Source of the DNA: Daphnia carinata
Taxonomy: Eukaryota
DNA length: 64,000 nt
Direction: 5' to 3'
Assembly: GCF_022539665.2 (NCBI RefSeq)
Contig: NC_081332.1
Coordinates: 3,720,001-3,784,000 of the forward strand
In this document: positions 31,282-44,079 of the stretch, piece by piece
Position numbering within the stretch: position 1 is the first letter of the stretch
How the letters are laid out: every line of letters begins with the position of its first letter
The notes under the pieces: generated by a model
The model's input: only the letters and a program-made list of their open reading frames with translations
What the model was told of the DNA's origin: nothing
Database searches by the model: none
Made by a program: the position numbers and the translations under genes

Positions 31282-34200
31282 GCTGAGCATATCTTTTCTA
31301 ATGGCGTCACATAGCGTCCCCATGAAAAGACAGGGCGTGGCTAACGTTGTTATGTGAAATAAATCGACCAGCTCCTGAAATGGAGTTAACATAAACATCT
31401 CCGTTGCAAAATTCGAAACATTTCTTCTTTGCTTCCGGAGAGCTAATTGATTTGGTAATGTGTTTTTTCTGAAGGCCCGCACGTAGAACAATGACGCTGA
31501 TGTAATAAAAAAAAAACACGGATGTAGTTGTTTCCAAGTATGTAATGAAGCAAACACAAACATTTCCGGGTAATGAGAATTTCAGCTCATCGTTCACAGA
31601 TCCTGTTGATTTTTGTTGTTGTTGTTGTTGTGTTATGAGAACCGTTTTCATAAGACATTTGAAAATCATGCCGGAATCCTTGGGTGCAAGAATTGCGGAC
31701 GTAGCGCTAATTTCACCTCAGGCTATACGCCGTATCGAATGCGAGTTGTTAATGCATAGTAGAAGGATGGCATCTTTTCGGTTCAACATTTTTTTCCCCC
31801 TTTTTCTTTTATGTTGGTATCTTTCTTTTTTCAAAGAGCTTCTCCTTGTTGTTTTGTTTTTTCGCGGACGGAAATGTTGTGCGCAATAGCGAAGCCCTTG
31901 GGAAAGGGCAATTACCTCCGTACTGGCTCCGGACTGACCGAATGCTCCTCCTTTGACTCCTCTTGTATTATGTTTATTTATTCTTTTTAGCTTTCTAGCT
32001 TTCCCAGATTTTTGTTGTTTAATAGAATAGGAACCGATGTATTGAACATCCTATCAATCTAAAGCGCTAGTAGATGGAATTGCGATTCAAAGGGGAGAGA
32101 AGCGAGATAGAGAGAGAGGTGGTTTGCAAGCAGCGCATGAATGCGCAAAATAACACATCGATCTGTTACAAGAAGAAACAGAAATCTCAAATTCACGATC
32201 GCAAAACAAAGACAAGACGTGTCTTCATTTACATCCGCTTGATTTAGCCATCGTGACTTGCTATCATGATTCAAAGGGGGGGAGGGCATTCTTTTCCTAA
32301 CAATATAGAGGGGAATTTTTTTTTTCAAATCGATGTATTAAAAATCGGTATTTTAATTTTTTTTTATGTTAAACGAAAATTGTACGGTTGGAGATAAGAA
32401 AATAAAATGAGAAAGAAATGGCAAAATGGAAAGGCGCAGGTAGAACCCGCATCATTTCTTACCATATCATTTTTTTTTTACGCTGGATTGGTGTACCGCC
32501 AATCTATTCGTCTGACCCAAATAAAAAGATGGTGTCTCGTCTGACCTTTCGCCATTTTTGACACTGACGCCCAGTGAATTTCAAATTGATATCATCAAAA
32601 ACTATATGATAAACTCTGTTGTTAAAGTACTGGACAACAAAAAAATAAAACGAAACGGTTGGAGTACATCATCCATCAAACAAAATGCCTGATGTACATG
32701 TACGTAGGTGTCGACCGCAAAAAAGAATCGCGTCCGAATTCTTACGTTGTTCTCTGTTTTTTTTGTTTTTCTTCGTCATTTCCCCAGTGGCGTAACGCAG
32801 TAAATTAACTGCTTACAATTTGCGTGTTCCTTTACCCAGCTTCCTTATTGCCGCATCTCCTCGGCAACAAGTCCATTGAATTGGAGCCCTTTTTTCTTCA
32901 GTAATAACTGCGCAATAGTATAAAAGCAATATCTCATCATAAAATCGTCAAAGGGCTGAAAACAGTTCTATTGATAAACGATGTCTAGCTACCAACTGCT
33001 TGATCTCGAAGACGTTGCCTCAGAGAGCCACGTCGCAACTGTTGAACCATTACCGTACGCCATATATCCGTCGACCAAATCTGATTATGTTACACTAGAG
33101 AACGTCTTCTCGTGAATAGAAACAAAAACCACTTGATTATTTACTTCTTTTATTTAATTTCCTTATTTGATTGCAATCGTAGCGTCAAGAGAACCAGATC
33201 GTTATTCTTCTACTATGGCCATGTGCCCCGACGGGCACATGAATAGCATCGAAAATCTATTGTTCTCTCAAATGTTTCGTTGCTACTCTTCTATGGATTT
33301 GAAAACTAGTTCCAAATGTTTGGGCGCGGTCGTAGGGATGGACACCTTAACAGCAGAGTTCACATTACCAAAACGTGTTGCACATGTCGTTTGCACGTAT
33401 TGTGTATGCAAATAATCAATGGCGAGTGTCAAATCGGAGGAGGGCATTGAGCGCGACGAATGCACACGCGTTACTAATCAGCTTAAGTTTTGAATGCTTA
33501 ACCAGAGCTCATGGCAACCTATGTGATGTCTTTGCTCGTGGCGTTTGCTCTTATTCTTTATGATCGAAACGTAAGAAGAGAAACGGGACGGTAGCAAATG
33601 CATCCAAAAACTTGGCCATTTAATATTGAGTAGATGAGAGGACTGTGCGCATTAGTGGACGCGTGAGTGTGGCCAGTTCGTCTAAGTATAGACGTGACCT
33701 TTAGAGACGCAACAGCTTTACGGGGTGGCTTTAAGCGAATTGCAGTGGCCACAGTTCCCGACGGTATGTTGCAAATTTGATTGGTGACGATGACCATCAA
33801 CAATGGAAATGTAGAAACAGGCTGGCGCTACGTGATTGCCGGTGGCAACACTTGGTCACGCCGATTTCGCTGGCATTATGTTACGTGTTTGGACTTCTCC
33901 TTCGAAAATTGTCGCTTGACACCGACATCAAAGACCCCGGGAAAAGAAAAGAGGAAGGAAAAAAAAAACAATTGGTTTTTTGTCGACTTCAAAAGAATAG
34001 ACTTTTGATTCGTTTCGTGTAGGCTTACGTCATTCACGACCGGAGTTAACGCGGGAGTACAAAGTTTTCTCAACGATCCATCCTTTTGATGTTGATCGAA
34101 GGAACTCGCATTTTCATTTTTTTTTTTTTTTTTCTTTTTTTAAATTTTGAACTTGCATTTAATTTTTAATGATTTTGGTTCTTCAGTTTCGCCCCGCACG

Positions 34201-35564
34201 TAGGTACATCTACAGGTGCAATGTACCCTTGGTATTGCTGAAGAACGTAGTAGAACGGCCTATTAGATGTATAGATAGTTTTGATGTGAAGCTTAATTAT
34301 GCGTATATATCTTCGATGAGTATGCGATCGATACGGTCGGTCCACTTAAGCACAAATTGATGCGTACAGCACACACGCACACACACAGTGGATGCTATAC
34401 GATACATCTACATAACAACCATATTAAGGACTTGTTTTTGTAATTGGCAACCCCCGCCCCCCCTACTCGATGTACCTTGTTGAACAGACAGGCTACGTCT
34501 ATAAAAATGGGTTTATAGTTAAAAATCTATACGAATATGCATAAACTTTAATATGTAAACGAACGGGGGTTCCGTATTCACGGAAATCAGCCTGTTGTAG
34601 AGTGCGTAAACAGATAACATGTGTTTGTTTTTACGAACTGTACTTAATTGTATGTACATATAGATTCAATGTGGGTTATTTCATTACCTTTACAGGTCGT
34701 TGTCACTGTCTAGACTCGTTACATTTGCATTTTTCACTGTTTGATTATTCCATGAAAAGGAGGAAGATAGGGTTCTTTGGCTTGCTGTTATAGTTTTATA
34801 GTTATTGATGATCGTAAAAAAAAAGTATGTACATAGGTAAACACCCTTATTATTTTGTCACCTGAAACCGTTGACCTTCCGCCCAAGTTACTAAACTCAG
34901 CACGACGATATTAGTCTTATGGCTAACAACAAACTATGTTTTGTCACCTAAGGAGACTTTACCTTTCGCTCAATCGTAAACAAGTTTGAAGTTGAGCTGC
35001 TTTCATTGTGCGCTACTTTGAAATAAGGGATTTATTTTGCATCTTGTCTCCGCTAGCGTTGAAGTAGATTTACCCTCCCCCCTCATTTTTCCGCTGATGT
35101 GCCCCAAATCTAAATTGAAAAGCTCGTCTTAATCGTGCGACATCAAGCGCGTCTTGTTGTGTTAAATCACGCGCTTGTTACATCTGTCACGAACAGACGC
35201 GCCAACTTGAAAAGAAGGAGCTCCCGCCCCACGTAGTTCATATTTACCCAACGTATTGATGCGAATTCAAAAGAAGGCGACTGTGTTAATTTGAACTGAA
35301 GAACAAGTGCCGCGCGTTTAATTAATTAATGACCGAAAAACCAAAAGATCGGGGCCTTAAACAAAATCGGAGAGATTCGAGCGTGTAATGCCTTGGGAAA
35401 AAAAGGGACAAGTCTAACGCGTACATTGCGCTCTTCCACGTGTCCTTTGTGACACTTGCATAAAATCTATGAAAAGAGGATCCTGCGCGCGCGTGGGTTG
35501 TAGGGCATTCAGGAACGCTTCAAGGAGGCTACGCCGACATTTAAGCGGGCTAGTGTTCCAAACG

Positions 35565-35605
35565 TATAAAAGGCCCGACGTCCGCACAGGTGTGACGCAT
35601 CAGTT
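35565..35605 (+). promoter_or_regulatory. PDH core promoter (TATA + Inr)
   Basis: TATAAAA at 35565-35571 and arthropod Inr TCAGTT at 35600-35605, ~255 nt upstream of the PDH ATG. The spacing is slightly longer than canonical. Confidence 0.6.
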
Positions 35606-35858
35606 GTACGGTGTCAACGCTGTTCGTTCCTACGCATCATCCGCCTTACCGATTGATATTAATCAAAAACGCGTTGTTTTGAAATTTATCTTGGTATATT
35701 TTTTTAGTCATTGAGCCATTCCTCCGGACGGGGGATTCTCCCGTGAACATTGTTAGAAGCAAAGTTTTTTTCGAAAAAAACAAATCGTACACACCTACGC
35801 GGTAGATATTTGGACCTTTCAACTCCGGAAAGCAAAACGAGGAAAACAAAAACAAAAA

Positions 35859-36580
35859 ATGCATCAGCTGTCAGCTAAAGTATCGCATTTTTCGATTGCC
35901 GTGTTCGTCTTGTTCGTTTCGTTGAGTATGGACGTCGAATCGGCACCCGCAGCAACGTCTTCCATTAACCGACCGGAAGCACAGGTATTTTTCCGAATGT
36001 CTCGGCGTTTGTAATGCGATGGAATTCACGACACTCCCTTTATCTTAAACATCCACCTTGTCATAAAAAAACAAAACGGAATACTTTTTGTCCTTAAAAA
36101 AAAAAAATGAAAGACTTATGGCTATAATGAAATAATAATATGTATCTATAATTTCCGGGCTCGTCTTTTGTTCTTTTCACGTTGACCTAAAAGCTGTCCG
36201 TTCAGGAAGTGGAGAAATTTCTTGAGGGCCTGACCCGGTATTTGCATAGACAACGCTTGGATCAGCAACGAATGCATCAGCCAAAGTCGCCCATGTCGGA
36301 AGAGGCCACCTACGATCCGGATGCTATCGACCGTGCCATCCTCGGCGAGATGGCGGCTCCGTTAGATGCGGAAAGATCTCCTTCTAGCGAATTGGCCAAT
36401 AACTCCATGTCTCATGCACGTCCGCCGATCGCCACCAACAACAAATGGCCGTGGTCGTTGAGTAACTTTGAACGGATTGAAGATCAGGATGTTAAGCAAC
36501 GGCAACCTTACGGCAAACGCAATTCCGAATTGATCAACTCGCTGCTGGGCTTACCCCGTTTCATGAAAGTCGTCGGATAA
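35859..36580 (+). CDS. pdh: Pigment-dispersing hormone/factor precursor (exons 35859-35984 and 36194-36580)
   Basis: Signal peptide MHQLSAKVSHFSIAVFVLFVSLSMDVESA; phase-0 GT-AG intron; KR cleavage site followed by the 18-mer NSELINSLLGLPRFMKVV, amidation Gly and stop. Confidence 0.96.
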
Positions 36581-39500
36581 ATATCTGGAAAAAAAAAACA
36601 AATTTGATTGAAATAGATAAAAAAAAAATAATAATTGGAGTACAGGGGGAAGGGGGCATGTTTTTCATCATATCTTATGTGTTGACAAGAAAAAAAAAGA
36701 AAAATAAAATCTTACACATTTAATTATATAACGTATACTTTAATATATGCATGCTACTAGACCTTAGTAGTTCCATCTCTTCCGCTTTCCGCAAACGCTG
36801 TCCAAATGAAAACTAAGCGTTTGCCAAATCGTTTTGAGTATCTTAAGCATTATGTGTAGTTGACCACGGACAATTAATATGTTATTGTTCCCATTATTCG
36901 ATGGCGCACCTAAGTATTAAATCAATCCCATTGATCAACTAAAAAAATAAATAAATAAACGATTAACTGTTTTTCGACTATTCTATACATTTGATGCTAT
37001 GCACATTTGATTCGTTTTAAACGGGGAACTCGCCGTTCCCCATCGTTTCTTTTTTTGCAGGCTGTTCATCAAGTTCTCGTAACATTTGAAATGCGTTGAA
37101 AATTTTTTGATTTCAGGCGTTCCAGGACGGAAGGCCAGTTTTTTTTCCAGTTGATGGCCTCTGTACGTCAGCTGGGCGACCTTTTTTTTTTGCTGTACAA
37201 TCTCATTTCCCAAGGCCAACAGTTTTGCAACTACCGCAACCACATCGGATCAATTTTAAATAATCGCTGTTAAAAGAAGAAGAAGAAAAAAAATTCTCGT
37301 CTTGTGTCAGTATTTTTTATCCTTAGATTGTCTTTCTTTTTTTGCTGTTGTTGTAATCGGATGGTCTTTAATGGGGCGTCTTGTTCGTAGGAAATGAAAT
37401 ATTTGCGGGTTCGCATTCGCGACGGATAACGAGCCCGCATGATTGAACGCTGCCTTGTAAAGACGTTTGACAAGCCATCAGCCGACATGAAAATCGTGAA
37501 CAGCGCCGCCTGCTCGTTGATCTCCCGGCCCTTTTGATTACATCGTTCTCCATGCTCCCTTCACAGATCTACTCCCATCTGCTTCAATTAAACCGAGACC
37601 AGGTGAAAGGAATGAAAAGGCTGGAACAAATGTTTCATCACCCTCGTTACGCAAAGCAGCACACGAAGATATTCGATGTCAGATCAGGTGCAAGGCACGA
37701 TCGTCCTTACCATTAGGTAAGGAGAAATGGAACACTTGTTCAGTATTTAGTACCTAATTATTTAGCCGCAAGTTTTTGTTTTATCCACGTAGGAGAGCCT
37801 GGTTTTTATGACAATTAGCGTTGGACATAATAGCGGCAGGTAACAACAATGTAGCAACAGCGGTGATCAATAATCTTCAAAGTTGCATATTCACAAAAGA
37901 ATTTGCATGCGCACGTAATTGGCTCAAACAAAACAAAAACCGCTGCCATTACAATCGAGAGCCGGCTGTTCGCATCCGGTTAAAATAAAGAACCCGCGAA
38001 CAATAACATCAACAACGAAATCCTCCCCGCAGCGTAACACTTAAATAGCAAACTTGCTAATGCTAAAAAAAAAAATAAATAAAGGGATCCCGCCAACATC
38101 GATGGCAGACCTGTAGAGTGAATTAGGGGGAAAAACACATGTGGGCCGTGCTTAATTTCTCATTTCTATGGATTGCGCACAAACATTTGGCAGTTTTTTT
38201 GTTTTTTTTTTTGTCTTTATGTGCTATTACATTTTGGTTTGAGCCCATCGGCGATCAACGACCTGATACTAAAGATTGCGATAATAAGGCCACAATTTTC
38301 TTGTACGTGGTACGTAATCACGCGAATTGATTAGATGGCGGCTGCAGCAAGTTATCACACCTTCAAGGAATCTCAGTTTAATATTAGTGTTAATAAAAAA
38401 AAATGCCATTGCCATCGAATGCTGCGTTTGATTCTATGTTTGGGTTCTATTAAATTTTGCAATGAGAAAATTGCCATCCGTGAATTATTGATAGCAAATT
38501 CGATCACTGGGGATGAATGGAACACGTCTTTTTTCTGCTTTTATCTGTGATTGCCAGATGACGAAAAGTATTTCTCGGTAGCGACAATATGATGAGCGTG
38601 AACAAAAAAGAAGGGAACTTTCTACGGCCTACAAAATAAATAGGTAATGCCTGTCTTTCTCAGGCTTGCACAGCTTTGCAGCCGGAAACTGCTATTTGAT
38701 TGTGATGGTGAAGAAATATTTATGAAAGTAACAGACTGACTTAAAAGGGAAAGAAGTCTTGCCACATGGGTTGGTGATTAAGATAGAGATAGGTTGTTTT
38801 TTTTTTCGCGAGAAAGCTTGGCTGCAGCAGAACAACCCAACTGTGTTTTAGCACAGCCTTATGCCGGTGTATACTTTGAAAGGGGCGGACAATGCTTTCA
38901 ACAACACATCAGCTCAGAAGACATTCATGGGTGTGATATTTAATTATTAAGGTGTTGGAGCCATTATGTGCAGCGGCTGTCTAAACACGTCCAAACAACT
39001 TAGAGCGATGGGAGAAATCATCTGTGCAAGTAAAAAGGCATGCCATAGTCGAAAGGTATTACAGACTTACATTTAACTGGAAACGATTGGGATAAAGTTT
39101 CTTTTGTTTCTCGGTATGGTAGCATTCCACAGTGTTCTCGATGATTCAAAATGGCATCCAATCCAGAGGTTTTGTGACTTTGATAAAACAGAGAAATCTT
39201 TCACTGTTGGCCTGAAATTGCAAGGCCACGCCGCCATCATTCGTCAAGTTCGAGTAAAAAAAGCACGACAAGAACATGAAAAAAAAAGAAAGATACGTTC
39301 ACAATATGGAGTGTGGGCAACTATTTTTTTTCTGCGTAACAGATACCAATAATTGATTGGGGTGACATGAAACTGTCAGTTTTAAAATATAGAATATCTA
39401 TGTTTTGTGTTAAAATTGGAATAGGACACATTGTCTAACCTGTTCTTGATGACGTCACAGTTCGGAGCTTGTACCGAGGGCGCTCCAACGGAAAATGCTT

Positions 39501-39627
39501 TCAGAGCAACTCCAGTGCTAACGTATCACGTGACGATCATATCATGGTGGCTAACATGCCGGTGATGTTTTGAAAATAACAGTCGGTCCTTACGTACCTT
39601 TCAGTCGTGAAATTATACGTCTTAAAG

Positions 39628-42600
39628 ATGATTTCAACTGTGAATAAACTTAAAAAGACAGGTATGTTCTTAAGACCGATGGTTTCTTTCTCGGCTGGAG
39701 CCAGCGGCGCTCCCACGATGGTCAAATACAGAAATTACCAAACGCTGACCATAAACTACCGGCATCGAGGAATATTGTCACGATATTCGCCATTAAATCG
39801 ATCAGTCCCCTTCCAAAACCCAACTGTGTATCAAACGAGAAACATTGGATTTTTGGTTGGGAGAATTCTTAAAGGAGCATTGAAAATTCGATACTTGCTC
39901 CTCGGGGGAGCAGTTGGTGGGGGGATTTCCCTCCAAAGAGTAAGTCCATAAAGTTTCTATTAGTAAAATGATGTGTATGATTATAGTTTAGAGCTATGTA
40001 CTATTTGTTCCTCAGCAATCCTACAAGTAGCTAAGCCACATTTTCGTACACTTAAAAGCAGCCTTCGAACAAAGAAGCTATTGTACATATAATAATTATT
40101 TATTTATTATTCTTTACAGTCATATGAAGAATGGAAAAATTCTTTGCCAGATTCTAAATGGTTAGAAGATTTGTTTCCTTCTTCTGAAAAAGTTGATTCC
40201 TTTCGAGGTTCCTTGATGGAACTCTCATCAAAGTTCAGAGATTCGTTGGAAAACTTGGATATAGGTAATCTTAGGTCTGCGAAATTTGTATTTTTATGAT
40301 CCACATGTTCCTTTGTCGTATAGATCCGAGACTGAAGGTGTTTGGAGACCGTAAAATCAGCGAATTACGAGCTTGGTTTGACAGCAGGCTTGAAGACGCC
40401 ATTCAAGCGGTAGAAGAAGAAGAAAAAGTCGCCGTCCAAGGTAAAATCTCTTATCCTTTTTTTTTTTTTGCTAGCTACTTATTTTTTTCTGCTTTAGCAT
40501 TTCCTTGTCAAAGGTTTGGTTTTTTTTTCAATGTGTGCTTTCTATGTCTGTTATAATGTTATATAGGGCTCAACAATGGACTGAAATTGTTCTATCTTGC
40601 TGCAGATAGTGTATCAGATGCGACCTCGACCGTCGTGCATGCAGAGTCTTTTGTCAGGGCTACCGGCAGCGAGAAGCATCAAGAAGAAAGGAAGAAAACA
40701 GGTATTTCTCAAGGACAAACGACTGTTTGCCAGAATTTGAATTGACTGATTACTTAATCAATTGCAGAGAACATGCAACAGAAGATTGAGAAAATGCAGG
40801 AGGAGCTCATGAAAGTGCAACTCAAGTATCAGAAGGAGCTAGAAAAGCTGGAAAGAGACAATAAGGAATTGCGTAAGCAACTCCTGCTCAGAGGTCATAG
40901 TGGGTCGGCCAATCGCAAAATCAAGGTATATGTGTCCGTTACCAGTGTTGAGTCATTCATTAACAATTTCCTCTTTCCACCGTACAGAAGTCTTTGATTG
41001 ACATGTATTCGGAGGTCCTCGACGAACTTTGTGATTACGATGTGGGCTACAGTACTCATGACCATCTGCCACGTGTCGTCGTCGTTGGAGATCAAAGTTC
41101 GGGCAAAACTTCAGTGCTAGAAATGATTGCACAGGCTCGTATATTTCCTCGGTATTGCTATAGTGACACATTTGAGTCCGTCCAATCGTTTTCAAGTATA
41201 ACATTGATAGGGGTGCGGGCGAAATGATGACGAGAGCTCCGGTGAAGGTGACCCTTAGTGAAGGGCCTTATCACATCGCCCAGTTCAAGGATTCATCGCG
41301 CGAATTCGACCTTTCTAAAGAATCCGATTTGGCCGATCTTCGCAAAGAGGTGAGTCCGATTTTTACCGCAATTACGCCGTCAGCATAACTTTTTCTGTTA
41401 ACTATTCGCCAGGTCGAGTTGAGAATGCTAAATAGCGTTAAACATGGCAAAACCGTGAGTTCGGAGGTTATCTCGATGACTGTTAAAGGCCCCGGATTAC
41501 AACGCATGGTTCTTGTGGATCTACCAGGCATCATTAGCGTAATTAGTTTATTTCTCGATACTGATTTACAGCCAGACACCATTTAGCATACTTTGCCATA
41601 TTACCAGACCCAAACTACTGAAATGGAGTCTGGGACGCGGGAAGCCATCCGCCAGATGACGCAAACCTACATGTCGAACCCGAATGCTATCATTTTATGC
41701 ATCCAAGACGGAGCCGTCGATGCCGAACGTAGCAATGTTACAGGTTTTTTTTATTTCGACAACTTGAATATTATGAAATATTTCTAAAAGAAAGTTTGAA
41801 ATCGTAGATTTGGTAGCCCAAATGGATCCACAAGGTAAACGCACCATATTTGTCCTTACCAAGGTAGATTTGGCCGAAGAAAATCTCACCAAACCCGATC
41901 GGGTAAGACCTAGATTGTCCACTGGTAACTTTTAAGACCTGGTAGTTTTATCAAGTTTTCCCCCTTTCATTTTTAGATTCGCAAGATTTTGTCTGGAAAA
42001 CTTTTTCCCATGCGTGCTCTTGGATATTTTGCCGTCGTAACGGGTCGCGGAAACAAAGATGATTCCATCGCTACCATCAAACAATACGAAGAAAATTTCT
42101 TCTCGACGTCAAAACTGTTTAAGTAAGAAATTAAACGTGCAATCTGATCCAATGATTTAATAATTTATCACATCTGTGTTGGGCAAAAACTAGCAGAGAA
42201 GGATTGGTTCCCTCCACACAAGTAACGACCAAAAATTTGAGTTTGGCAGTTTCAGAGTGCTTTTGGAAAATGGTACGTGAAACGGTCGAACAGCAAGCCG
42301 ATGCGTTCAAAGCTACTCGTTTCAATTTGGAAACGGAATGGAAAAATAACTTTCCGAGGTGAATCTTCTTGAATTTCAAACAGCATTTTTTTTTTAACGT
42401 TACATGTTTTTCTTTGTGCCATAAAAGACTTAGGGAACTCGATCGAACTGAACTTTTCGAAAAAGCTCGTGGCGAAATCCTCGACGAAGTGGTCAATCTC
42501 AGTCTGGTGTCGCCCAAAGAGTGGGAAGAAGCTTTGATGAAGAAGCTATGGGAGAAAGTAGCAACTCACGTCTTCGAAAACCTTTACCTACCGGCTGCCC

Positions 42601-44079
42601 AGAGCGATTCATCAGGTTGGTTTTTACAATGTCGTCAGTTGACTTGTATTAACCGCGCCTTTAACATTTAGGTACTTTCAACACGAAAATAGACATCCGC
42701 TTGAAGCAGTGGGCTGATCAGCAGTTACCTCGTAAAAGTGTAGAGTGCGCTTGGGAAACGCTGAAGGAAGAGTTTGGCCGGCTGGTAGAAAAGGCAAAGT
42801 TGTCGAAAGATCACGATAACATCTTCGACCAGCTGAAAGCCGCAGTAGTCGATGAAGCCATGAGGAAACATCAATGGGAAGATAAGGTACGTACTCTACA
42901 TGCAACTGTTTTTACTTTTAGAGTACTAAACCAGATACTTTAAAATGACATGTAGGCAGCCGAGGTGTTGCGTGTCATCCAACTCAATACGCTGGAGGAT
43001 CGCTCAGTTCACGACAAGCAACAATGGGACTCTGCTGTGCAGTTTGTAGAGCGTTCCGTGATTGAAAAACTTCAGGTCACCGAAGCAAACCTCAACAACC
43101 TGGTCGGTCCCAGTCGAACCCAACAGTGGTTGCGCTGGACTAATGCAACACCAGAACAAAAACAACACGCTTCTGTGAAGAACGAGTTGGAACGGCTTCT
43201 TTTTGCCGAGCGGGTAATCCAAAATCTTTTTATCGACCACGTTTTTTTAACCACAATAAATCAAAGCGTTGTATTATTCCAACAGAACCATCCACCAACT
43301 CTGTCGTACGAAGAGTTGACGGCAGCTAGACGCAATTTGCAAACGAACGGAGTCGACGTCGACAACGAGTTCATTCGGCAGACGTGGCATCATGTTTATC
43401 GTCGCCATTTCCTCCGTAAAAGCCTCTCGAGAGCTTACGAATGCCGTAAAGGCTTCTGGATGTACCACCAAGGACTCGAAAACGAGGTGAGTTTGAATCG
43501 TCATAAAACAATGAATTTTTTCCCCCTTGAAGTAGATCATTTGATGATGTAATACCTTTAAAGCAGGTGGTGGACTGCAACGACGTAGTTCTGTTCTGGA
43601 GAATTCAACAGATGTTGAAGGTCACCGCCAATGCTTTACGTCAGCAAATCATGAATCGAGAGGGTAAGTTCCACCTTATTGATATTTCGTAGCTGCGTCA
43701 CAAAACTAGGGGATTCATAAGAAGTTTGTGTCCCTGATTCGGCGATAGTTCTTTGAAGCGTTCGGCATCAGCTTTCAGAATGAAAGACACAGTCTAACAG
43801 CAAAATATGTATCTTTTTGAACTATTAGCCCGTCGCTTTGAGAAAGAAATCAAGGAGGTCTTGGAGGTCTACTCACAAGATCGGGACAAGAAGGAGCAAC
43901 TGCTGACTGGGCGAAGAGTGCACTTGGCCGAGGAACTAAGTAAATATTTGTCAACTTTAATTCATCTATCAATCGTTGATGGTTGTTTGTTTTTTTTTCT
44001 TTCTCCGAATTCAGAACGCGTGCGTCAGATTCAAGAGAAACTGGAAGAGTTTATCAAGTCGCTTAACGCAGAAAAGTGA
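39628..44079 (+). CDS. Opa1: Dynamin-like 120 kDa mitochondrial GTPase Opa1 (multi-exon)
   Basis: Basic presequence; [15 protein letters not shown]; coiled coil [68 protein letters not shown]; ends [19 protein letters not shown]. Confidence 0.97.

Noticed and set aside
24400..35500. Many 60-150 aa ORFs in the long intergenic region
   Set aside because: They are F/K-rich translations of poly-A/T tracts with no recognisable motifs or coherent exon chains.
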